From Phoronis australis (lineage: Eukaryota; Animalia; Phoronida): a stretch of DNA of 64,000 bases. The stretch lies in assembly GCA_002633005.1 (NCBI GenBank), contig NMRA01000815.1, positions 70,394 through 134,393 of the forward strand. Direction: 5' to 3'. Shown here one piece after another: positions 53,936 through 64,000 of the stretch (position 1 is the stretch's first letter; every line of letters begins with the position of its first letter). The notes below the pieces were generated by a model. That model was not told where the DNA came from. It worked only from the letters and a program-made list of their open reading frames with translations, and did not search any database. A program made the position numbers and the translations under genes.

Positions 53936-55439
53936 AAGATGTCAAAAAGTTCTTCGGAGATTATGTATATTACGGCTCTGGAATAGGCTTTTTCGCATGT
54001 CTGATTATCGTCTCCCAAAGCAAGTACTGTGACATTACGTGTAGAAAGGACAATTAGTCAAAATCTGGTTTTCATATTTTACTAAGGTTGATCTTGATTG
54101 AAACATTTTTGAATGGTTAGCCTGTAAATTGGAGAGACCCAAAATGAAACTGATTGATCTGAATGGTGGGCTGAAATTTTGATAAACCCAAGGTATCCGC
54201 TTCAGTTTGCTTCTCGATGACAAACACTTCTGTGAGTAAATTAGTTTTCAGCTTTATTTATGACGCATTTCTTTGGCGAAAAGAGCTGTTGTTTACTAGT
54301 GAATCAATAGAGAGTGAGAAGGTTGGTCAGATTTTCTTGTTGTATTGGTATATGTGTTGCCTATTTTCTACGTTTTTGGAGATTGTGATTAATTTAAGTC
54401 CCAGTTGTTGCTAGGTAACAGATATGATATTGTGGTCTGGCTTTAACTTACCTGAAATTTTTCCTGTTATTGATAATAGGAACAGTGGGTATATAAAATT
54501 AAATTTTGTTCTTATCATCCAAGTCTTTTTGATTCCGAGTTTTGTATGAAGTTGTGTGGGTAGTGAATATTTTCATTGCTGGTCAGTTTCTCTTAAATTT
54601 TTATGAGTGATGATACACTCAATGTTACTACATTTTGTAAGTTGTGAGCTATTCTACAGCTTAACAACTGACTTGTAACTATTGGTGATTACAGTGGAAG
54701 AGTGGGAAGTTTACCCTGTACTGCCTTGTCTAAGAAATAATGGAATTTTCTAAAATTATATGTGAGAGTGCATCAGAATGGATTACAATTTTGTGGTAGT
54801 GATGAATTGCCTTACTTTCTTCTTCTTACTTGTGCATCAAACAATTGTCCGCATTGCTAGTATCCTGGTGCATTGGTTAGGGAACACATGCGAAATTGTT
54901 GGGTGGAGAAGAAACCAGCACTGAGCTAGGAGCAAAATGTTGTCAATGGTCAGTGGAACAACCAAATTTGTGACGATTGGAGGGGGCTCATCACTCATGT
55001 GGCATACTCCATTGGTTTTTACTTGTTTAGCACTGTTCCCATGTAACTCCCCTGGGAGGGGGTCAACACCCATTTGGCGCTCACCTACTTTATCCCTTGT
55101 ACCCCCTTTGTTGGCACCTGGGGGCAATTCCCCTCTGAGCCCCCAGGAGCAATCATTCAAATTATGTAGTCCATGGAGGCATGAACTGTTATAAGGATCG
55201 ATAATTTGCCTTGTTAAGAACTCAAACATAAAACAAAACCATGATGGCTTTTGAAGGGAGCTTTAAGAGAACAAAAAAACACACATTTTCATTGTTATTC
55301 AATTATAAATAGATTATAGTTTGCGTATTTCAATCATTTCCAATCACAAAGTAATTTTATTGCACGTTGACCGTCATTAAAGTATGAATTTATAAGTGTT
55401 TACATTGTTCGGACTGCGCTCCTAAGTAAGTGTTGATTA

Positions 55440-55532
55440 TTCACCGATTGGGGCGCCAGTGTTTCGACCGGTAACCATTGCGGCGAATGGCAAAATGGCG
55501 GAGTGAACTCTCCTATACTACTACACTCCTTG
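55440..55532. mobile_element. Probable P-element-like terminus
   Basis: CAAAATGGCGGAGTGAACTCTCCTATACTACTACACTCCTTG. The reverse complement starts CAAGGAGTGT, like the footprint at 51543. Confidence 0.45.
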
Positions 55533-55919
55533 GTAGAAGTGTTTCGCTGGATTTCCAGGTCAGTGGCGTTATTGATACCGGACCAAAATTAAAAAATCAG
55601 ACCACTGCTTAAATCAGGAGCTGCATGATACACATTCAATAGACGTGCGCAGGCAATGCACTAATCACTTGGAACCATTTTTATGGTTTATTAATATATA
55701 GTTAAACCAAGCTAAGGAACTTGAAATCTGATTCACGGCAATTTTTGGCAGTTGGATTTTCTGAAAAATGGTCGTAAGTTGACAACAAAGTTTGATAGCA
55801 ATGCACTGCAGTTTTGTAGAAACTCTGTCATAGGTTACAGATTCGTCAAAGAGCGTAAATTTGATGAATTCTAGCTTATGATTTCACCTCTTTCGGAGAC
55901 CGGGTTTCAACCAATTTTG

Positions 55920-55993
55920 GGCTACAATAAGCGCCCCCTTCCTGAAGCTGATTTTTCCAAGCGCCTTGGCCGCTTATTAGGGCGAATACGGTA
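55920..55993. mobile_element. Tc1/pogo-type MITE end (also at ~40540-40596)
   Basis: Shared ending (tt)agggcgaatacg(g/c)ta and ataagcgc subrepeats. Confidence 0.4.
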
Positions 55994-56029
55994 ATATTTC
56001 ATAAGGGCAATACTTAGTATCCTTTATGC

Positions 56030-56067
56030 ACGGGACCAGGAAGAGAGTTATCTCTTCCTGACGGGAC
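56030..56067. mobile_element. 24-bp P-element-like footprint with perfect 7-bp TSD
   Basis: ACGGGAC-[CAGGAAGAGA GTTA TCTCTTCCTG]-ACGGGAC. Confidence 0.7.
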
Positions 56068-56754
56068 CCATTTGTTACACTAGGAGTGGGATTGGCTCAT
56101 TATGTACGTTACATGTGGCATAGGACTTTACAAAACTGGTTGAAGAATTTTATTTTCGTCATTAACTTTCGTTTCAATGGCTTAAGTTTGGAAATGTTAG
56201 GACATAAGGCGGAAATTTAAAAACCATTCGTCCGCTTACAAAAATTTAACATTGAAGAATAAAAACAACCTTCACACCCCTTTGGTCTTCCTGTTCCATG
56301 TTTTCAAAGGAGTTGGTTGCATTTTCATAGACTACAGTCGAGAGATTTTGTGCGGCATATATTGTGTAACCTGCTGTTGAATTGCGAGATAGAGTTTGAC
56401 TGGTCCAGGTGGTTATTTCTGAAGTAATAATGCAATCGTTATTTGTCTTAAAGGTTTACCAGCGTTCTATTTATCTGTACACGAATGTGAATTTGTTGAA
56501 ATCTCTGATCCAAATCCTGGCCAAATGTGCGCATTCTGCTGAGACCAACCGTCTGATCAGGGCCAGCGAAGAGTAAGTTGGTTAATTCGCTCACTAGACT
56601 ATGACTGAAGTTCCTCGTAAGGACAGGAGTCCATAAGTCACTGCCTTTGGAAGAAATTTAGCAGACGATTTTCGTCAAACAATTTACCAGATAGTTTTCA
56701 TCAAAACGGAGAAAAAAATGGATTTGTGAGGACAGGATTAAGTAGTAGAGCCTC

Positions 56755-56950
56755 TTAAAAACATTCATCTTCGAAGTGCCTTGAACAAATGTATAAAGTC
56801 TTATTGCTGAGACAACTGCCATTCACGTAGGCACAAGAAGTATATAAGCTTTTCTTCCCGCAGCCGATTATGCGGTCTTCGGATGGTATGGAAGCTAATT
56901 CCTTTGCATTTCGAGGGTGTGGCCGAACAACCGGCCACACAGTAGCCGAC
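56755..56950 (-). pseudogene. Second degenerate THAP-domain remnant
   Basis: Minus strand GYCVAGCSATPSKCKGISFH, then a frameshift to TLYICSRHFEDECF (THAP C2CH signature). Confidence 0.6.
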
Positions 56951-57365
56951 GAGGATTAGCAGACGACGTACTTGCCGAAAACTGCACCAGAAAATTTAGC
57001 CAGGTGTCGCCAGTGAATAATGACGTAAGGGCTTTTGCGTAAGATCACAGATTTCGTGCATTGAATGTATACGGAGTTGGCGGTCCATGTCTGACATAAT
57101 TCTCGAACGATATCATACATAATTCCTTAACTAATACTAAAACCAGAAATTACTACGGTAATACGTAAAAGTGTGGTCTCCAGTCAGAAGAAAGTGATAC
57201 TCAACATCTACAGAACGCTTGAAGGTTGGTGAAACTTCATTAGACTGAGTGAAAACCGACTTTGAGACAGTTCCATAACCTGCTATAGGGTTACCTACAC
57301 TGAGGTGTCAGAGCTCTGTNTTCACACCTGTCGTGTATATACCTGTTACGTAACAATAGCAAATC

Positions 57366-60300
57366 ATGCCAGGAGGTTAAGGCACACCTAATACAGGACC
57401 TGCGACAGGCTTGCGCAACCGGACCTTACCTTCATATATGACTCAACCTGAAAGTAAAAACCCACCTGATATATCTAACAGAGAACTACTAGAGCAACTG
57501 AATGCAAAATTTGAGAAAGTGAGAGGTTTGTCTGGTAAAATAGAATCGCTACGAAAATGTTGGTTTGAGACAACAGGTGGCGCACTTGGAAAGCAAGGTG
57601 GGTGATTTAGAGAACAGCCTCAGTAACGCTCTCGCTGGTTCCCTGCGTGCCGCTAGGTGGGGCGGTAGCCGCGCCAGCACGCTAGCTGGCTGTGCACGCA
57701 GGGAACCAGCGAGCAGTAACGCTAGGACCTCGCTAAAAAGCAAGACTTCGCGAGATTACGTGAGGTATTGCCGTGTATTTTAAATGAGAACACGTGACTT
57801 TGACTAGGTTTTAGCTAGGTCCTAGCGTAGGTCCTAGCGTCTACTGAACGCAAGCCAGGTCTAGACGAGACAACCTAATTTTTCACGGCATTCCCGGGGG
57901 AAATTCTGAAACATGAGAAGAAGCGGAAACTGCAGTAAAGGAACTAGTTAATAACCACCTAGCGGACATACCAGGGGTAAAGATTGAGCGGGCCCATAGG
58001 ATTGGTCGCAAGAACCCTAGCAAACCTCGACCAATCATCGCAAAGTTGAGTTCATTCAAGAACAAGTTGCAGATCTTAAAAGGCAAAAGAAAATTAAGGA
58101 GTGAAACTCAATACTCAGTGGCTGAAGACTTCAGCAAGAAGGTTCGTATCGCTAGATCAAAGTTATGACAGTTCCCAACAGACAATGATTTTATAGAAGC
58201 CACAATAAAATTCGATAAGCTTTATCACAACAGGGAAATGTACCTGTATGACGATTATATAGACAAAGTTGTCTGCGACTAGGATAGATACATCTTCAGA
58301 GATAAAACGGAAACAAATGAAGAGGACGATAGCCAATAGCAAACAATGACAAGAGAAATGAAAATTGGATAATGGAACATAGGGGGCGCTAGAAAATAAG
58401 CTACGACAAAACAAAGGGGAAATTTAAAAAAAAAATTGAAACTACGACCTCATAGGATTCATTGAATCACACGCAAGAGCAGAGCATGAATTTAGCGATC
58501 TCTTAGAAAATTATTCCACGTTCACATCAGTACGAAACATACATAACAGCAAAGTATCTGGTGTAGTGACAGTAATGGTAAAGAACGATTTAGGAACCAA
58601 AATAACTCGCATCTGTGAGAATTTAGAAGACAGAGTATATTTGCATCTCAAGGATTTGTTTGGTGGCACAGACAAGCCAGATGTTATAATAGGTTTTATT
58701 TATCTCCCTCCCGAAGGGTCAGCATACTACAGCCACGACATTTCTGACTGCGGTGTTGATCGTCTCGAGGATGACTTTACCTGCTTGAAGAGTAATGGGA
58801 AATTTAACCAGTCACGGGTTATTTTGACACGTGACTTTAATTTAAGGACAGCTACACTCAGAGATTACATACCAGATGACGATATCACGCATATCAGTGT
58901 CCTTGTCAATAGCGAGTGTTGTTATGTTCAAAATAATTTTGAAAAACCAAGAAACAACCAAGATGCGAAATCTAATTACTTCGGCAAACAACTTGCCAAA
59001 TTTTGCGCAGTATATGGTACGCACATAGTTAACGGTAGATACCCCTCAGACAGAGAAGGAAACTCGAGGATGCAGCACTATTGACTATGTTATTGGCGAG
59101 GCATGTCTCTTCGAATATATTAATGACTATGAAGTATTAAACTACGACCAGTCAGACCATTTCCCTATCATGTGTACTTTACGTTATCTAGAACATACGG
59201 AAGCTGATACAGACAGATCGAACATTAGTGTCAGAGCGACCCCATTGCACCGACTCAAGTGGCAGCCACACAAATCTTCAAATTTTAAGGATAGACTGGG
59301 CAGCGTTGACATCAACGAGAAATTATATCTTCAGCCATCGATATGGATATTAACACAGCAGTTAAATTTAAAAAAAAATGCATTATTCCACGCTTGCGGC
59401 GCTGACATGAAAATAAGCAATAACCCCGCAGTGAACAGGCAGCAGCCAAGGTGGTTCGACAACGTTTGCGAGCAAAATTAAAGAAAATAGAAAAACATAA
59501 TTTATTGAAACTTTTCCGATCCACAAAGTGTGTGGATACACTACGTAATTATATTGATACGAAAAGCCAATTTAAGGAAACCTGTCGTGAAAAAAAGAAG
59601 AATTATAACGAACAAATGGAAAAGAACTTATGTGATTTAGTGAGAGATCCAAGAAAATTCTGGGCAAACGTGAAGTCAATCATAAATCCGAATAATATTC
59701 AACAAGCGGATATTTCGTCGAACGAATGGTATAACTATTTTGAAAAACTCTTGAACACTGGGCCTGTACGGGAAAACAAGGAATTCCTTAATAATTTGTT
59801 GGACGAAATGCGAGAGCACGACGAAAGCTGCAATGACTGTGCCAACACACCTGGTGATGAAATCCTGGTACAACTTAATAAAGAAATCGACATGTCCGAA
59901 ATCAATCAGGAAATAAATAAACTTAAAAACAACAAAACCCCTGGAGAAGATGGTATTCCAAGCGAACTCTTCAAAGCACTGACTGGTGACATCCTTGAAG
60001 TATTATGCAAACTATTCAACAAGGTACTGGCGACAGGAAAATTCCCGGGGAACTGGAGAAAGAGTATAATCGTTCCTATCTACAAGAAAGGAGACAAAAA
60101 TAACCCAAATAATTACAGGGGAATTTCTTTAATTGATAGCATAAGCAAGCTGTTTACATCAATATTAAACAAAAGGCTCATTGAGTTGCCGGATGCAATG
60201 CAATGTATCCCTGAGGAATAAGCCGGACTTAGGGGGGTTATTCGACCGTGGATAACATTTTTGTTCTACAAGCTTTGGCCCACAGAAATTTATCAAAAAG

Positions 60301-62005
60301 AGGTGGAAAAATGTACTGTGTCTTTGTGGACTTTAACAGTCTGGAAACTACACGTCTGTTTTATTGTTTGTTAAAAAATAATCCCACGGGAAAATGACTG
60401 TTCAATCTCCTGAGGAATATTTATGCTGAAGTGAGATCTTACGTGAGAATACAGAGCCAAATCACACCCTATTCTGAATGTAAGAGAGGTGTGAAACAAG
60501 GGTGTATACTGAGTCCTTGGTTATTCTCTGTTTTTGTAAGCGGGCTGGTGTCAGAGGTCAAAGAAAATGGAGGACGAGGTATCAAGTGTGATGATTGTGA
60601 ATTAAGTTCGTTCCTGTTTGCGGACGATTTGGTGCATGTGGCGGACACAGTGCCTGGACTCCAGAGGAAATTAAATGTATTGCACAACTACTGTGTGGAT
60701 TGGAGTCTTTGTGATTTATTGATATATTTTTTTTCAGAATTTAAGCAAAGATTGTTGGATTGTGCTGCCCAAGAATGGAGGACATCAGTGCAGAGCTCTA
60801 GCTAGTGCTTATTTTACTCTGTTATCAAAACAGATTTATCTTGTGAAGAAAACCCTACTGTCTACCCCCAACTCTGCGTAGAATTCTAGCCAAATTCAGG
60901 TGCTCTGGACATCAACTGAAAATAGAAACTGGTAAGCACCATGACATTCCAAAGGAAGATAGACGTTGCGAAATTTGCAACCGTTCAGAAATTAAAGACG
61001 AAATACACTTATTACTTAACTGCCCCGTACTTAACGAATTAGAATGAATTTTTTTACCAGAAATATTCCGACAGCATACTGACATCGAAAACGTCAAATA
61101 CTTATTCAAAACAAACTCTGGAAATCNNNNNNNNNNNNNNNNNNNNNNNNNNNNNNNNNNNNNNNNNNNNNNNNNNNNNNNNNNNNNNNNNNNNNNNNNN
61201 NNNNNNNNNNNNNNNNNNNNNNNNNNNNNNNNNNNNNNNNNNNNNNNNNNNNNNNNNNNNNNNNNNNNNNNNNNNNNNNNNNNNNNNNNNNNNNNNNNNN
61301 NNNNNNNNNNNNNNNNNNNNNNNNNNNNNNNNNNNNNNNNNNNNNNNNNNNNNNNNNNNNNNNNNNNNNNNNNNNNNNNNNNNNNNNNNNNNNNNNNNNN
61401 NNNNNNNNNNNNNNNNNNNNNNNNNNNNNNNNNNNNNNNNNNNNNNNNNNNNNNNNNNNNNNNNNNNNNNNNNNNNNNNNNNNNNNNNNNNNNNNNNNNN
61501 NNNNNNNNNNNNNNNNNNNNNNNNNNNNNNNNNNNNNNNNNNNNNNNNNNNNNNNNNNNNNNNNNNNNNNNNNNNNNNNNNNNNNNNNNNNNNNNNNNNN
61601 NNNNNNNNNNNNNNNNNNNNNNNNNNNNNNNNNNNNNNNNNNNNNNNNNNNNNNNNNNNNNNNNNNNNNNNNNNNNNNNNNNNNNNNNNNNNNNNNNNNN
61701 NNNNNNNNNNNNNNNNNNNNNNNNNNNNNNNNNNNNNNNNNNNNNNNNNNNNNNNNNNNNNNNNNNNNNNNNNNNNNNNNNNNNNNNNNNNNNNNNNNNN
61801 NNNNNNNNNNNNNNNNNNNNNNNNNNNNNNNNNNNNNNNNNNNNNNNNNNNNNNNNNNNNNNNNNNNNNNNNNNNNNNNNNNNNNNNNNNNNNNNNNNNN
61901 NNNNNNGTGCCAACAAGTTTTTGACACTCGGGTTTTGCAAATGTTATGTCAATGTCAGCTAGCCTTGGCCCTTCCCCTGGACAAAGCTGGGTAATTTAAA
62001 TAAAT
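57366..62005 (+). mobile_element. Decayed non-LTR retrotransposon (RTE-X / L2-group-like), ORF1 + APE-RT ORF2; spans an assembly gap
   Basis: ORF1: DLEN[insert]RSRRDNLIFHGIP...IERAHRIGR...PRPIIAKL...VAEDFS. ORF2 from ~58358: APE motifs (WNI.G, IYLPP, DFNLRT, IDYV, SDHFPI); RT motifs KTPGEDGIP, PIYKKGDKNNPNNYRGISL, GVKQGCILSPWLF, LFADDL; C-terminal FRCSGHQLKIETG...CEIC...DEIHLLLNCP. Many stops and frameshifts and an internal deletion after DWSL. Possible 3' end with AATAAA near 61999. Confidence 0.9.
57618..57856. mobile_element. Nested MITEs inside LINE ORF1
   Basis: Host element TIR CAGTA(G)ACGCTAGGACCT...AGGTCCTAGCGTCTACTG. Inside its left end is an 83-bp element (57631-57713) with a perfect 20-bp TIR CTCGCTGGTTCCCTGCGTGC and 10-bp TSD CAGTAACGCT (57621-57630 / 57714-57723). 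Confidence 0.85.
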
Positions 62006-62454
62006 ATTTATTGTTAAATATTGTGACAAATTCATTTTTGTCTGTTAATACCTGTGCTTACGTTTATGAGTTGATTTGCACGGTACAGAATTTGAACGAA
62101 CACAGAAAAAAAATCTGCTGATGTGACTGACTAGCGGAAAATCAGCTAAAGACGTTTTTAGCACTAATAACTCATGTCTTAAGAAATTCAAAAAAATAAA
62201 CTATTAGACATGTTACTTAACCAGATCTTCAAACGTGGGATGACAGTTCCCCAAAACCAGAGGTTTTGTTTCCTCCGTCTGCAGCACCCTCTCATCATCA
62301 GCGCTGATGTCCCTTGGTCTGCAACAGGCTCAACGCGCTCTGATGAGAGTTGGCAGTCCCTATGTATAGCCTATGGTGATACCCACTCCAATGATACTCA
62401 GCAACACAATTTAATGACAAGAAATATATAAATTTAAACATTATTTCATGACGA

Positions 62455-64000
62455 AGTCGTTATCCCCCGTAATCTAGAGCCCAAGTGGGTTTTGAAGAAT
62501 TATTATAAGGTCCCTCGGGCGAAAATTCTTCAAAATCCACGATGGATCTAGATAAGGGGGATAACGACTGAGAACGTGTAATAATCTATTTATACCAGAT
62601 AATGAACGATAAACATTGTAATGAATCGGTTTACATTTGTCAACTCGCCTCTGCTTTGTAACTACTTTCTATGTCAGGGGCCCGGGATCAGAGGACGTGA
62701 CCTTTTAAGAAACGTCGAGTTATTCTAATTAAAACCAATTGAAAATTTAAACAAAGTAGAAATAAAGTGAATTTGTGATTCAAGTTTTAAGCAACTGCTC
62801 TTATCATGCTACACTTCCATGGTGAAAATATCGTCTGCTAAAGTAGGTTACCACTGGTTACTGTGTATTATGTCCAAGACAAAGGATCCCGACGACATGT
62901 TACCCACATTTAAAGTGCAGATCGATGGTTTACAAAAGACAGTAACTGACAGATAATTTTTGTTGGATTATTGAAATCGTGCGTCTTATTTTTCACAAAT
63001 AAATGTCGATACAATGACGCTTGGTGAACATGCAAATATTGCAGGTCCACATTTACGTATAATTCTAGTTTCACATACGATGACGTCAACTGCTGAATGG
63101 AGCAGCGGTTGAGTTGACGGCTCGACATTCTAGCGAAATGAGTTCGAATCCGGCCTCGGGTTAACGCGTTGAATAACTAAATAGGTTATTTAACGGTTGT
63201 ATTGGCCATGACATGCTGATAATATGGTATGAATATAGATTGTTATATGTTCTCAGTCGTTATCCCCCGTAATCTAGAGTCCGAGGGAATTTTGGAGAAT
63301 TATGTATAATTCTACAAAATCTACGAGGGCTCTAGATAAGGGGGACACCGACTGAGAACATGTAATAATCTACGTATACCACATACTGAACGATGAACAT
63401 TGTAATGAAACCGTCTACCTTTCTCCACTCGCCTTGGCTTCGTAACTACTTTCTATGTCAGAGGTCGTGGCCTTTTTATAAACACCGAGCTATTCTTCTT
63501 ACACTAATGTTTTTACTCAAAACCAATTGAAAATTACAAAATAGAAGTAAAGAGAATCTATTAAATAAATTTTAAGCAGCTGGTCTAACTTACTACACAT
63601 CTTAAGTATCATGCTAAGTTTCCACCGTGAAAATATCGTCTGCTAAAGTAGGTTACCACTGGTTACTGAGTATACTGTCCAAGTCAAGGATCCCGACGAC
63701 ATGTTAAACGCGTTCAAACACGAGATCGACGATTTACAAGTGAGTAAAAATAACAGATAAGTTTTACTGGTTCAAAGATGTTTTTGTTGAAATTGTGCGT
63801 CTTATTTTGCGTGGCGTATCAATGTCGTTCCAATGCCGTTTGATGAACATCCGTGATCCGATTATTGCGCGTCCTCAATGACGTCAGCTGCTGAGTTGCG
63901 CAGCGGTTAAGTCAACGACTCGGAACTTTTGCGAAGCAGATTCGAAACAGGCCTCGGATTCCCGTCAAAGTGTTATTCAATTATCTAGAGCCCTCTTGTA
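62455..64000. repeat. Tandem ~800-bp repeat units with long internal palindromes and a tRNA-like segment
   Basis: AGTCGTTATCCCCCGTAATCTAGAG at 62455 and 63255, with other shared blocks such as gtgaaaatatcgtctgctaaagtaggttaccactggttactg. Each unit begins with a ~110-bp hairpin. A-box/B-box-like TGGAGCAGCGG / GAGTTCGAATCC at ~63097-63151. Confidence 0.8.

Noticed and set aside
54837-55229. 130-aa minus-strand ORF in a GC-richer patch
   Set aside because: No recognisable motif or splice context; lies among transposon debris.
60912-61940. 342-aa and 273-aa minus-strand ORFs
   Set aside because: Artefacts of the N gap.
63085-63165. Functional tRNA gene
   Set aside because: Only A/B-box-like motifs are seen, no complete cloverleaf could be built, and it is embedded in a tandem repeat with a degenerate second copy.

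Overview
AT-rich, intron-rich eukaryotic DNA from an animal, probably a marine invertebrate or lophotrochozoan (inferred from gene and repeat content). There are assembly gaps at about 23639-23700 and 61127-61906. Four host genes can be built by hand with phase-consistent exons: (1) fukutin (FKTN) on the minus strand, running off the left edge; (2) a complete 15-coding-exon RAD17 on the minus strand (~691 aa); (3) a complete 8-exon ATG4D/C-type cysteine protease on the plus strand (~587 aa), head-to-head with RAD17; (4) an unusual, apparently secreted PAN/Apple + TLDc-domain gene (~293 aa) whose promoter and exon 1 are partly duplicated just upstream. The rest is dominated by transposon material. 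This includes a decayed RTE-X/L2-like LINE with nested MITEs, a Tx1/L1 fragment, a Penelope GIY-YIG remnant with a minimal hammerhead ribozyme and two THAP-domain remnants. There are also several tiny CA...TG palindromes with 7-bp target-site duplications (probable P-element footprints), SINE fragments, tandem 764-bp and 800-bp repeats and microsatellites. Most short ORFs in the supplied track are non-coding. All protein identifications are from recalled motifs, not database searches.
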